The translations under genes were made by a program, and so were the position numbers. From assembly GCA_018062285.1 (NCBI GenBank), contig JAGOSO010000001.1, positions 100,137 through 164,136 of the forward strand: 64,000 nucleotides of DNA. Reading direction: 5' to 3'. Shown here one piece after another: positions 9,401 to 18,889 of the stretch; positions within the stretch are counted from its first letter, which is position 1, and each line of letters opens with the position of its first letter. The notes under the pieces are model-generated. The model saw only the letters and a program-made list of their open reading frames with translations. It was not told the DNA's origin and searched no databases. This DNA is from Minisyncoccota bacterium. GTDB lineage: Bacteria > Patescibacteriota > Minisyncoccia > 2-02-FULL-40-12 > GWA2-44-9.

Positions 9401-10507
9401 CTAAGCAACTGGAGGTGTATCAATCTTCTTGATGGCTGAATCCTCTTCTTCGCCTATCTCCATAACGGTTTTGACTCGATCAACCATTAAATTAAGGCGT
9501 TTCTCTGAAGAATCGTAAGCGGATTTAGTGTTTTCAATATGCTTGCCTAGTCTCTGGAAATCTTCTGCTAATTTACCTCCATCGGTTGAGATTCTCTCTA
9601 GTCTCTTCATTATGTCCTTAGTTTGCTTGTTAAACTCGAAGTCTTTAAACCAATGCCGAATAGCCGACACAGAGAGAGCGAAGGTGTTTGGTGAAACTAG
9701 GAACACCTTCTTGCTTCTAGCGTAGTTAGGGATATCGACGTCTTTTATATTGTTAATTATCTCGTAATAGACTGTCTCGGCGGGAATATACATTAGTGCC
9801 AAATCGGTTGTACCCTCTGAGGGCAACAGATACTTGGATGCAATTTCGTCTATTTTCTTTTTGACATCCGAGTAGAATGTCTTTCTAAACACTTCCTTTT
9901 CCATATCGTTTGGGGCATTAACCATCTTCTGGAAATTGTCCCAATTAAACTTGGAATCTATCGGCAATAATAGATTGTTTGGCAATTTAAGTACTGCGTC
10001 GACAGCTTCTCCTGATTTAAAATAATGCTGGACTTCATAATTATCTTTAGAAAAATACTGATTTAAAGAGGCTTCTAGGGATTGCTCGCCCCAAGTCCCG
10101 CGAAGTTTGGGCGAACGAAGCATGTCCTGGAAAGAGGCCACGTCTTTAACGGAATCGTGCATCTGTTTCATGCCCTCCTGAATCTGGGTCATGTTTTGAG
10201 TAAAGCTCTGGACCTGTTGGCTAACGGTCAAAGTGGCGCGCTCTGAAGCCTGACGAGAACGTTCAAGTTGCTCATTAATTAATTGGGTAACGGTGGTACT
10301 GGCTCGATCAGAAGCTTCCCTGTTTTGGGTTAGTTGAGTACTGACTATTTGAGACAAAGCGTCAAAGCGCTGATGTAAAACTAAATACTTTTCATCTGGT
10401 TCATCAATCTTTTTCTTGCCCTGCACCATCATATACAAATTAATACCAAGCATGGCCATCGTGGCCAGAGAGACTATCACCGCCAAAACAACAAGGGAAT
10501 TATTCAT
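9401..10507 (-). CDS. rmuC: DNA recombination protein RmuC
   Basis: N-terminal TM, long coiled coil, LRSPKLRGTWGEQSLE (RmuC RGxWGE motif). Confidence 0.8.
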   Translation of the reverse strand: MNNSLVVLAVIVSLATMAMLGINLYMMVQGKKKIDEPDEKYLVLHQRFDALSQIVSTQLTQNREASDRASTTVTQLINEQLERSRQASERATLTVSQQVQSFTQNMTQIQEGMKQMHDSVKDVASFQDMLRSPKLRGTWGEQSLEASLNQYFSKDNYEVQHYFKSGEAVDAVLKLPNNLLLPIDSKFNWDNFQKMVNAPNDMEKEVFRKTFYSDVKKKIDEIASKYLLPSEGTTDLALMYIPAETVYYEIINNIKDVDIPNYARSKKVFLVSPNTFALSVSAIRHWFKDFEFNKQTKDIMKRLERISTDGGKLAEDFQRLGKHIENTKSAYDSSEKRLNLMVDRVKTVMEIGEEEDSAIKKIDTPPVA

Positions 10508-10550
10508 ATATAAAATATTATTTACTGGGGAAAATTGTGCCTAAAATCCC

Positions 10551-11396
10551 TCACGAAACAAGGGTTATTTCCCTTTTAAATACACCAGCAGAAACCTCGT
10601 CCATCTTTCCAACGCGATATGGCTTAATTGGATTTTTAACAAATCCGTTTTCTAATGCATAGGAAGGATAATATCGAGGACGATTAAGCCCCTTAAAAAC
10701 CTGCTGAGCATTTTTGAAACCTAGTTTCTTCGCGAAAAACAAGTTGCTGTCTAAATCATGAATCAAAGAAAGGATTTGAAATATCGCATAAGAAAGCATT
10801 GCGATTAAACTTGATATAAATAAATCACCTGGAACCCTTAATTCCAACAGCATAAATATCGTCATCCCCGATAAAGCAATCAATATAGTCCAATGATGGG
10901 GACCTGTAATAGTTTGAGTTGTTAAATACATTTCTTGATGAATGGCAAACATGTCAGATTTTATCTCATGAAGAATCCCTATCAATTCAAACCCAGTTTC
11001 ATCATGAGCCTCCACTTTGTCTATCTCTTCAAGTATCCCTTTAAGCTCTTCTTCTGTGTAAGCAGCATAGTCAACGAGTTCATGATCTAAGGCTTTCATT
11101 GTATAAAGCTCGACTGCATCTGCCATACGTTCTCCAGCTATTGGGTCTATTTTACGAGCGAGGTGATAAAGAGATACAACTTTTGCATCTTCCTGAGATA
11201 CAAGCTCCTGCAGTCGCAAATAATTTGATGTCGCACCAGCAATAAAAAATCCAGCGAGAATAGCAAATAATAATGAAACGACCGTTAGAAAGGAGGAGAG
11301 ATCAATCTGGACTTTAAAATACGGTAGAACAAACGGCAAAACAATGAGAACCAGTGGGGTAACTCTTCTGATGAGGAAATTGCCAAGAAAATTCAT
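10551..11396 (-). CDS. Hypothetical membrane protein
   Basis: 281 aa; N-terminal and C-terminal TM helices around a soluble acidic domain. Confidence 0.55.
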   Translation of the reverse strand: MNFLGNFLIRRVTPLVLIVLPFVLPYFKVQIDLSSFLTVVSLLFAILAGFFIAGATSNYLRLQELVSQEDAKVVSLYHLARKIDPIAGERMADAVELYTMKALDHELVDYAAYTEEELKGILEEIDKVEAHDETGFELIGILHEIKSDMFAIHQEMYLTTQTITGPHHWTILIALSGMTIFMLLELRVPGDLFISSLIAMLSYAIFQILSLIHDLDSNLFFAKKLGFKNAQQVFKGLNRPRYYPSYALENGFVKNPIKPYRVGKMDEVSAGVFKREITLVS

Positions 11397-11442
11397 GATG
11401 CTTAATTATGGCATTAAACCTGCTTCTTCGACAAATAAGCTT

Positions 11443-11518
11443 TGGTGGACCCTGCCGGGTTCGAACCGGCGACCTCCTCATTGCAAATGAGGCGCTCTAC
11501 CAACTGAGCTAAGGGCCC
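11443..11518 (-). tRNA. tRNA-Ala(UGC)
   Basis: GGGCCCTTAGCTCAGTTGGTAGAGCGCCTCATTTGCAATGAGG...CCA; G3:U70 Ala identity pair; anticodon loop TTTGCAA; CCA encoded. Confidence 0.9.
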
Positions 11519-11531
11519 TAACTTCCTTCTG

Positions 11532-11603
11532 TGGGTGCGGAAGGAATCGAACCTTCGACCTCGTTCTTATCAGGAACGCGTTCTACCACTGAACTACGCA
11601 CCC
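11532..11603 (-). tRNA. tRNA-Ile(GAU)
   Basis: GGGTGCGTAGTTCAGTGGTAGAACGCGTTCCTGATAAGAACG...; anticodon GAT; cloverleaf closes; no encoded CCA. Confidence 0.9.
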
Positions 11604-11617
11604 AGTGTAGCTTTGAA

Positions 11618-11646
11618 ATAATACCAAAAAGTTCCACATTCTTCAA
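11618..11646 (-). promoter_or_regulatory. Sigma70-like promoter for the tRNA-Ile/tRNA-Ala operon
   Basis: Minus-strand TTGAAG-17nt-TATTAT ending about 10 nt before tRNA-Ile. Confidence 0.45.
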
Positions 11647-11697
11647 GGTAAAGACCAAATAACAGATATCCACTTGACTTTAGGTGCCAAAAAGCTC

Positions 11698-11726
11698 TTG
11701 CAAAAATACCCCGGACATGCTAGGAT
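11698..11726 (+). promoter_or_regulatory. Candidate promoter for the UDG gene
   Basis: TTGCAA-17nt-TAGGAT about 35 nt upstream of the ATG at 11762. Confidence 0.4.
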
Positions 11727-11761
11727 GGTTTAATCCCTGGTGGATTGGTTAACAAGCTTCT

Positions 11762-12328
11762 ATGAAGACGACCGCCACTACAACCCCGCAGGAATTAGAC
11801 AGGGTCAACAAGGCCCTGAAAAAGAAATTCCTAAACAAGAAACTGATACTCGGTAGTGGTTCCGTCCCTGCAAAACTGGTTTTTGTGACCGAAATACCTG
11901 GTGCAGACGAAGTTAGGGAATCACGCCCTCTCACCGGACTCTCTGAAAAAATGCTTCATCAGGTCCTAAAAACCGTGGGCATTGATAAGAAAAAGATATA
12001 TATAACAAGCGTTGTTAAGTATTCAGCTACCCCAGGAAAGGCCATCTCTCCTAAGGAAATAAAGTCTCATATCCCCTTCTTAAAGGAAGAGATCAAGGCC
12101 ATAAATCCTTCTGTCGTCGTCACTCTTGGCATGACCGCCTTAAACGGAATCGGCTTACGCCAGCCATTAGACAACGTACACGGACGAACCTTTAATTTCG
12201 GCAGTTACGAGCTAATTCCAACCTTCCACCCAAGTCATGCCGTTAATGACCCGCAGATCAAGGCCCACCTCACTAACGACTTGTCTAAACTCAAAGAACT
12301 CCTCAAAAAACCAGCAGAAAATCAATAA
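11762..12328 (+). CDS. Uracil-DNA glycosylase, family 4 (UDG superfamily)
   Basis: TEIPGADEVRESRPLTG (GExPGxxEDxxGxPFxG-like) and C-terminal TFHPS motif. Confidence 0.8.
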   Translation: MKTTATTTPQELDRVNKALKKKFLNKKLILGSGSVPAKLVFVTEIPGADEVRESRPLTGLSEKMLHQVLKTVGIDKKKIYITSVVKYSATPGKAISPKEIKSHIPFLKEEIKAINPSVVVTLGMTALNGIGLRQPLDNVHGRTFNFGSYELIPTFHPSHAVNDPQIKAHLTNDLSKLKELLKKPAENQ

Positions 12329-12361
12329 ATAAAACAGGCTCATCTATCGAGCCTGTTTTAT

Positions 12362-13342
12362 TTATTTCTTACGAGCAATTACTTTCTTAACCGCAACCTG
12401 GATGTGACTTATCCCTAAGCCACAGGCTTCAACTAATTCTTCTGCCGTGCCGGATTCGCCAAATCTATCTTGTAAACCAATGAATTCTTGAGGTGTTGGG
12501 TGTTCTTTGGCCAATGTTTCAGCGACAACTGATCCCAGACCACCGGCAATTTGATGTTCTTCAATACTTACCACTGCTCCAGTTATTTTAACTGAATCAA
12601 CAAGAGTTTTATTATCAAATGGCTTAATTGTGTGTGAATTTATAACCGCGCACTCAATTCCCTCTTTGGATAATTCTTCAGCAGCCAATAATGCATTGTG
12701 TAACAAAATCCCACAGCCAATAATGGTGCAGTCTTTACCTTCTCGCATCACAATTGCCTGCCCGATTTCAAATGGAGTGGCCGATGTTGTAATCACCGGA
12801 GACTTTTCGCGCCCTAAACGCACGTAGGAGGGCTGTTGGTTAAAAGCAATGGCAATAGTGGCTTTGTGGGCTTCCACCGCGTCACAGGGCACCACAACAA
12901 CCATACGGGGCAACACACGCATGAGGGCTACGTCCTCCAGAGCCTGATGAGTTGCGCCATCGGGGCCGACGGAAACACCGGCATGGGCGCCAATTATTTT
13001 AACTGGAACATTATTAATCGCGATATTGGTGCGAATTTGCTCGTTATTTCTTCCAGGATTAAAAGCCGCATATGAAGCAATAAACGGGATCTTTCCATAA
13101 TTCGCCATACCTGATGCAACTAAAGCTAGATTTTGTTCTGCCACGCCAACCTGAATAAATCTATCTGGAAACTTATTTTTAAATCCATCCGAACGAGTTG
13201 ATTCAGTTAAATCAGCACAAAGAACAACAACTCTTGTATCATTCCCCACCACTTCCGCCATGGCTTTCCCATATCCATCCCGAGTCGGCACCATTTCCGG
13301 CTTAGACAAATCGTTGATTAATTTTGCTTCAGGATTAAGCAT
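12362..13342 (-). CDS. Transketolase, C-terminal (pyrimidine-binding) subunit
   Basis: 326 aa; GYGKAMAEV...FIQVGVAEQNLALVASGMA...HAGVSVGPDGATHQALED. Confidence 0.9.
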   Translation of the reverse strand: MLNPEAKLINDLSKPEMVPTRDGYGKAMAEVVGNDTRVVVLCADLTESTRSDGFKNKFPDRFIQVGVAEQNLALVASGMANYGKIPFIASYAAFNPGRNNEQIRTNIAINNVPVKIIGAHAGVSVGPDGATHQALEDVALMRVLPRMVVVVPCDAVEAHKATIAIAFNQQPSYVRLGREKSPVITTSATPFEIGQAIVMREGKDCTIIGCGILLHNALLAAEELSKEGIECAVINSHTIKPFDNKTLVDSVKITGAVVSIEEHQIAGGLGSVVAETLAKEHPTPQEFIGLQDRFGESGTAEELVEACGLGISHIQVAVKKVIARKK

Positions 13343-13388
13343 TATATTTTCTTATGACTCTGCCCGAAAAATCAGGCAGAGAGAAAGA

Positions 13389-13637
13389 CTACATAGTCTT
13401 CTGGACCGGACAGGTTCCGCAGTGTTTTTCACCACAGCAACATTTACACCACTTTGAATTCTTAGATAACAAAATCAAAATTACAGTTGACCAAGCCCAA
13501 TAACCAGCATCAAAGCCAAAAAATACCTTACTCCCCAAACTGGACCAAAAGAACAATATACCAGAAACCCAAGCCAACAATGACAAAACTATCATCACTG
13601 TATGATGTGGGCACTTACATCTTTCATTACTCATCAT
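13389..13637 (-). CDS. Small Cys-rich membrane protein (82 aa)
   Basis: Two TM helices flanked by CKCPHH (N-terminal) and CKCCCGEKHCGTC (C-terminal) cysteine clusters; sits between the two transketolase subunit genes. Confidence 0.4.
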   Translation of the reverse strand: MMSNERCKCPHHTVMIVLSLLAWVSGILFFWSSLGSKVFFGFDAGYWAWSTVILILLSKNSKWCKCCCGEKHCGTCPVQKTM

Positions 13638-13667
13638 ATTACAACACCTCCATTCAAATTCATCATG

Positions 13668-14531
13668 CTATTGATGTTCAGATTTAATTTTACCACCTAA
13701 CGTTCGTAATTCATTTAAAAATTGTTTGGCTTCTTCGGGTTTTGGCGGTTTACCATGCCATGCAGGGTCAAATTCCATTTCCCTAATCCCCTTGCCGGGA
13801 ATGGTGTGTGCAATAATAACGGTTGGTTTTTCGTGGATTGCCTTGGCTTCCTGCACCGCATCAACAAAAGCCTCAATATTGTGCCCATCAATTTCCAAAA
13901 CATGCCAATTAAAGGCTTCATATTTAGCTTTTAAGTTTTCCAATGGCATCACATCTTCAGTGAAACCATCAATCTGGATATTGTTTCGATCAATTACAGC
14001 AATCAGATTTGATAATTTATATTTGCCAGCAAACATTACAGATTCCCAGGTAGAACCTTCTTCTTGTTCACCATCGGACATAAAGCAATATGTTTGGAAC
14101 TTTTTACCATCCATGCGAGAAGCATAAGCAATGCCACAGGCTTGGCCCAAGCCAGAGCCCAGTGGCCCTGATGTTGTTTCAACCCCTGGAAGTCTTTCTC
14201 TTTCAGGGTGACCCTGCAAACGTGTTCCAAATTTACGCAAAGTCTTTAATTCTTCAATTGGAAAATAGCCCGACATCGCCATAAGAACATAGCGAATAGG
14301 CACAATGTGGCCATTAGAAAGTATCAGCCGATCACGATCATCCATCTCTGGATTCTTGGGGTCATGATTCAAAATATGAAAATACATCGCCGTAAAAATA
14401 TCGGCCATCCCCAATGGTCCAGCTGTATGCCCACTCCCAGCCTCAGTCAATGACTCAATCAAAAGTTCCCTGGCTTCGTTAGCCTTTGTTTCTAGTTCCT
14501 CAATTTTTCCTTCAGGAATATATTGAGACAT
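13668..14531 (-). CDS. Transketolase, N-terminal (TPP-binding) subunit
   Basis: 287 aa; GHTAGPLGMADIF...SNGH...GSGLGQACGIAYA. Confidence 0.9.
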   Translation of the reverse strand: MSQYIPEGKIEELETKANEARELLIESLTEAGSGHTAGPLGMADIFTAMYFHILNHDPKNPEMDDRDRLILSNGHIVPIRYVLMAMSGYFPIEELKTLRKFGTRLQGHPERERLPGVETTSGPLGSGLGQACGIAYASRMDGKKFQTYCFMSDGEQEEGSTWESVMFAGKYKLSNLIAVIDRNNIQIDGFTEDVMPLENLKAKYEAFNWHVLEIDGHNIEAFVDAVQEAKAIHEKPTVIIAHTIPGKGIREMEFDPAWHGKPPKPEEAKQFLNELRTLGGKIKSEHQ

Positions 14532-14533
14532 AT

Positions 14534-14917
14534 CTATGGGTTAGTAAAAAATTTAAAAATACTAAAGTGTGAGTCAGGGTACATAGAATTCATCATATTC
14601 ATATAGTTTGTCCAGCTAAACAAAACCCAAACAAGGACCATTAACCCTGTGTAAAAAAGAATTTCTAGTGAATAACTTCTTTTTTTAAACAACTTAGATG
14701 TAATATACCCCAAAAACAGAATGATTAATGTGTTTCCTAGAATCACTGCATCCCCAACCACTTCAACTATGCCCCCGAAGCCCTTTTCTCCGGGTAACAC
14801 CCAACGACTCAAAAGCCACCCAAGTATTAAGACCCACTCTACCAAAGCAAACCACCTTAGCTTACTGTGATGAGGGGCTAATTGTTGTTCAGAAATATAC
14901 TGGGGCATTCTAAGCAA
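14534..14917 (-). CDS. Hypothetical membrane protein
   Basis: 127 aa, three or four TM helices. Confidence 0.5.
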   Translation of the reverse strand: MLRMPQYISEQQLAPHHSKLRWFALVEWVLILGWLLSRWVLPGEKGFGGIVEVVGDAVILGNTLIILFLGYITSKLFKKRSYSLEILFYTGLMVLVWVLFSWTNYMNMMNSMYPDSHFSIFKFFTNP

Positions 14918-14919
14918 TT

Positions 14920-15717
14920 TTAGAGGTTACCATCGATCTCCCTGGCAACAGCTTCCACCATGTCGTGGGTAGTTAAAATATTTCCATCCTCATCCCTCTC
15001 CACGCCTAAGGTTATCGAGTACTTTTTGTCAGTCGATAGCACCGTAAGGCGATCGTCGTACCACGCAGCGGTAGCGCCCAGACCAGAAACTATTGTGGGA
15101 GCTGGTGGATATGTGGTGTTAATACCCCCTCCACCAACTTTCTCGCCGGCATATTCTGTTTGCCATTTTATTTCGGAATTAAAGGCCTCTTCTGCACTGT
15201 AATTACTCCAAGTTATAATATAGAGAAGTTGCCCAACCATTGCTCCGACAGACGATCTTTTATTTTTTGGATCCACATAAGAACAGATGACTTGTTTAAC
15301 TCCCGCCTCGACCACTTGATCACCCGCACCTTCATGACCAGGCAAAGCATTTAAACCAGCCACGGCCAAACCTTCTCCTTGCTGAATGAGCTCATAGTCA
15401 GCAGGATTCTTACCGGTAATTTGCTGGAATTTATTGTCAGGTAAAAGGTCTCTGCACTTTAATGAACCAGTGCTTTTTGAGGTTGGCAAACCCAAACTAC
15501 TCAGGCCAGAAGAAGGCTTATCAAAAAACATAAAATAAGCACCTACCCCAAGAACCATAACGATAACCCCACCAATAATCATACCAAGAGGTTTAATGCC
15601 CATCCCCCTGTCGCCTTGTAGCGGGTTAATTTGTGGCATGGCAGGCTCCGGCATTAATGGTTGCACTGGTGCTTGCTCCTGAGGCATTATTGGCTGGTTT
15701 TGTATTGGTTCGTCCAT
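14920..15717 (-). CDS. Membrane-anchored protein with Pro-rich N-terminus (paralog 1)
   Basis: MDEPIQNQPIMPQEQAPVQPLMPEPAMP then one TM and a roughly 200-aa C-terminal domain; N-terminus and 5' flank duplicated at 15759-16253. Confidence 0.7.
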   Translation of the reverse strand: MDEPIQNQPIMPQEQAPVQPLMPEPAMPQINPLQGDRGMGIKPLGMIIGGVIVMVLGVGAYFMFFDKPSSGLSSLGLPTSKSTGSLKCRDLLPDNKFQQITGKNPADYELIQQGEGLAVAGLNALPGHEGAGDQVVEAGVKQVICSYVDPKNKRSSVGAMVGQLLYIITWSNYSAEEAFNSEIKWQTEYAGEKVGGGGINTTYPPAPTIVSGLGATAAWYDDRLTVLSTDKKYSITLGVERDEDGNILTTHDMVEAVAREIDGNL

Positions 15718-15752
15718 GGTTATTGGGTTATTTTTTAAAAATATATTGGGAT
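15635..15752. repeat. Direct repeat copy 1 (promoter plus 5' coding cassette)
   Basis: About 120 bp near-identical to 16168-16291, including the shared AATATATTGGGA upstream motif and the first roughly 28 codons. Confidence 0.8.
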
Positions 15753-15758
15753 ATAAAA

Positions 15759-16253
15759 TTAAAGAAAAATAAAAATAACTAAAATTGGATTTAAATCTTC
15801 AAGGGTAAACCTGGGTAATCCTGTCCCTGAAACACCAAAAACACCATATGTATACGAGCAAACACCAATCCACATTAAAATCTCAAAAAATACCCTCGTG
15901 AATAAAAGGCTCTGGTTACTCATATTTCTCGCTTTCATAATCACCCGTATAAGAATTAAGATAACCGCTGACCAAAAGAAAAAGGCTACTCCGGTAGCGA
16001 CTATTGCTCTATTTGTAATTTGTAATGCCAAACAACCAAACCCCTCACTAAGGGCACAGGGCTCTGGCAAAGTAATACTCATTCTGTAAATTAAAAATCC
16101 AGCCGCACTAATAAATCCTATTACCCGTAAGTACAGAAATAAATGCTTACTCATTCCCCCGCTTGCAGGCATAGCAGGTTCAGGCATTACTGGTTGTTGC
16201 ACTGGTGCTGGCTCCTGAGGCATTATTGGCTGGTTTTGTATTGGTTCGTCCAT
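15759..16253 (-). CDS. Polytopic membrane protein with the same Pro-rich N-terminus (paralog 2)
   Basis: MDEPIQNQPIMPQEPAPVQQPVMPEPAMP then four TM helices; unrelated C-terminus. Confidence 0.65.
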   Translation of the reverse strand: MDEPIQNQPIMPQEPAPVQQPVMPEPAMPASGGMSKHLFLYLRVIGFISAAGFLIYRMSITLPEPCALSEGFGCLALQITNRAIVATGVAFFFWSAVILILIRVIMKARNMSNQSLLFTRVFFEILMWIGVCSYTYGVFGVSGTGLPRFTLEDLNPILVIFIFL

Positions 16254-16291
16254 AATTATTGGGTTATTTTTCCTTCAGAAATATATTGGGA
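16168..16291. repeat. Direct repeat copy 2 (promoter plus 5' coding cassette)
   Basis: See copy 1. Confidence 0.8.
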
Positions 16292-16297
16292 GGGGCA

Positions 16298-16486
16298 TTA
16301 GTAAAGGATGCCATTCAAAACCCATTGCACCAAAGCAAAAGCAATCAAAGTATAAACAAACTTTTCTAACGTAAATTGCTTCCAATATGATTTCTTATAG
16401 AAATTCCATATATCTCTACCAACGTAAACATAAAGTATCGGGGAAAGTATCAGCAGGGCGTACACAAACAATAAGATATAGTCCAT
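16298..16486 (-). CDS. Small membrane protein (62 aa)
   Basis: Two hydrophobic helices; compact spacing; weak support. Confidence 0.3.
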   Translation of the reverse strand: MDYILLFVYALLILSPILYVYVGRDIWNFYKKSYWKQFTLEKFVYTLIAFALVQWVLNGILY

Positions 16487-16494
16487 TGCGGTTT

Positions 16495-17511
16495 TTAAAT
16501 AATGCTGGCTACTTTTAATACATGGGCAACCAAACTATTGGTATACCCAAATTCATTGTCGTACCAGGAATAAACACAGCATAAATCGCCATCAACAACT
16601 TTGGTTAAAGTTAAATCGGCTACGGCTGCGTGAGATTCGCCAATAATATCAGTGGAAACCAACTGGTCAGTTGTCGTTTTAAAGATCCCCTGCCAACGTG
16701 GATCAGATTCAGCTTCTTTGAGAGTGGAGTTAATTTCTTCGACTGTGGTTGGCCGAGAAGAAACAAAAGTAATTGCCGAGATTGAGCCATCTTGAACTGG
16801 AACACGCATGGCCAAGCCATCAAACTTGTCTTTTAATTCTGGGATAGCACGAGCCACAGCGATAGCCGAACCTGTCGTTGATGGCGAAATATTCATAGCT
16901 GCAGAACGACCACGACGATAGTCAGTGCCTTTAGCCGGCCCATCGATCAATGACTGAGTGGCTGTGTAAGCGTGAACAGTATTCAAAAAAGCTTTCTTGA
17001 TTCCAATTTTTTCAATCAGAATTTGCATCAATGGCGAAGCGGAGTTAGTGGTACAAGAACCATTAGACGACACGGAACAGGTTTTTAAATCTTCTTCATT
17101 GATTCCCATTAAGACTGTTTTGCCGTCTGCGTTGTCTTCGTCTTTGGCAGGTGCGGTTAAAACAACATGCTTAGCACCAGCAGCTTTGTGGGCTTCCGCT
17201 TTCTCAAAACTCTCAAAAGCGCCAGATGATTCAACAACAATATCAATACCCATGGTTCCCCAAGGTAGTTTCGTTGGATCTTTTTCTTGGATAAACAGGA
17301 ATTCTTTGCCATCAATGGTTAATTTGCTATCTTTAACCTCTACCTCTTTCTCGTAATTCCCATAAACGGAATCATGCCTCAAGAGATAAGCCAAATCATT
17401 GATATCTCCCAAGTCGTTAATTGCTACAACTTCAATTTCTGGCTTAGTAATAGCCAGCTTAAAGAAGTCTCTCCCAATCCTCCCAAATCCGTTAATTGCT
17501 ACTTTTGCCAT
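16495..17511 (-). CDS. gap: Glyceraldehyde-3-phosphate dehydrogenase
   Basis: MAKVAINGFGRIGR NAD-binding N-terminus, SCTTNS active site, 338 aa. Confidence 0.95.
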   Translation of the reverse strand: MAKVAINGFGRIGRDFFKLAITKPEIEVVAINDLGDINDLAYLLRHDSVYGNYEKEVEVKDSKLTIDGKEFLFIQEKDPTKLPWGTMGIDIVVESSGAFESFEKAEAHKAAGAKHVVLTAPAKDEDNADGKTVLMGINEEDLKTCSVSSNGSCTTNSASPLMQILIEKIGIKKAFLNTVHAYTATQSLIDGPAKGTDYRRGRSAAMNISPSTTGSAIAVARAIPELKDKFDGLAMRVPVQDGSISAITFVSSRPTTVEEINSTLKEAESDPRWQGIFKTTTDQLVSTDIIGESHAAVADLTLTKVVDGDLCCVYSWYDNEFGYTNSLVAHVLKVASII

Positions 17512-17581
17512 AATGGTTATATGTTATCAAACTAGCCTTAAACGACAAACAAAGTTATCAGACTTACTTATTTAATGAATT

Positions 17582-18000
17582 TTATTTATCGTTAAACATC
17601 TTTTTTAAAGGTTCCCAATAATAATCGATCCAGCCCTTTTTAATTTCGACATACTGTTCGATGGGAACACCTTTCTGGGTAAATTTTAAAGTTGTCTTTC
17701 CGGCCTTCTCAGAGAGGCCATAAGTGACGGTTGAATAGTGCCCTTCTGGCCAGTCACTCGCCCTCCAGGATTGAACTATTTTTTATCCTCTTTTAGTTCC
17801 AAATTTTTACCATCAATATAGCCGTCGTAGGCACTAATTTTACCTCCCACTTTTTGACCCATCGAAGCTTTGGCACCCGTAAAATGGGAGTGTTTCTTTG
17901 AACTCATCAAAGCGTCATATACTTCATGGGTGCTAGTTTTTAATACTACAGATCGGGTTATGTTTTTTGTTTTCATTGTTTTGTTGTTTTGTATATACAT
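17582..18000 (-). pseudogene. AHSA1/SRPBCC-domain gene interrupted by a frameshift at an A6 tract
   Basis: The 74-aa ORF (17776-18000) ends ...LELKEDKK-TAG; one extra A in the AAAAAA run (17779-17784) gives continuous ...KEDKKIVQSWRASDWPEGHYSTVTYGLSEKAGKTTLKFTQKGVPIEQYVEIKKGWIDYYWEPLKKMFNDK*, a typical AHSA1-family C-terminus. Confidence 0.7.
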
Positions 18001-18022
18001 TAAGGCTTTTTAGCTCTACGGG

Positions 18023-18706
18023 TCAGTATTCAAGCCGGAAAGAGCGTCGATGTATGGGGCAAGGGCCCAATTGATTCAATTTTTCTTGGTGTATTTTAGT
18101 GCTATAACCCTTATGTTGTTCAAATCCATAATCAGGAAATTGCTTAGCGTACCTTTCCATGAGCTTGTCGCGATAAACTTTTGCTATGACCGAAGCGCAG
18201 GCGATCGCGAACACTTTTTGGTCCCCTTTCACGATGGCCTCTTGGTCAAAATTTAGGTCTGGAATTTTTTTGTTACCATCGACCAAAACCATGACCTGAG
18301 AATTTGTTTTTTGAGACGAACTTTTTGAAATATTTTTTAAAGAATTTTTCAGTTCAACTGTCCGCCCTATCGCCCGTCGCATTGCCACCCTAGAGGCCTG
18401 ATAAATATTTATCTCGTCGATGACTTTGGGCGAACTTACAGAGACTGAATAGCTGACCCTCTTGTCCCGAATAAGCCTTTTATAAAATTCCTCTCTTTTT
18501 TTAGAAGACATTAATTTTGAGTCAGTCACACCCACCAAACCTCCGAGACCTTCTTTGTAAAAATCCCCACTGAAGCTGACGGCACAAACAACGACCGGCC
18601 CAGCGAGACACCCCATCCCAACCTCGTCGACCCCAACCACTTGGCTAAACCCGGAATTAAACAAGCTTCTTTCGAGAGTTATCGTGGGCAATTTCATATA
18701 CCCCAA
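18023..18706 (-). CDS. rnhB: Ribonuclease HII
   Basis: VGVDEVGMGCLAGPVVVCAV catalytic N-terminus; DSKLMSSKKRE motif. Confidence 0.9.
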   Translation of the reverse strand: MGYMKLPTITLERSLFNSGFSQVVGVDEVGMGCLAGPVVVCAVSFSGDFYKEGLGGLVGVTDSKLMSSKKREEFYKRLIRDKRVSYSVSVSSPKVIDEINIYQASRVAMRRAIGRTVELKNSLKNISKSSSQKTNSQVMVLVDGNKKIPDLNFDQEAIVKGDQKVFAIACASVIAKVYRDKLMERYAKQFPDYGFEQHKGYSTKIHQEKLNQLGPCPIHRRSFRLEY

Positions 18707-18889
18707 TTATATCAACATGCACAGTCTCTAGGAAGCAAAAACAATAGAGCTTAGTCACAAATATTATTATTCAGCAATCTCAATCTCAAAAGTTAAAAAG
18801 CAACACAAAAACAAAACAAATAGTTTCAATTTCTTTTATTTAAGAACCTACATAAGCATTACTATTTATTACCCTAAATTTATTAATGT

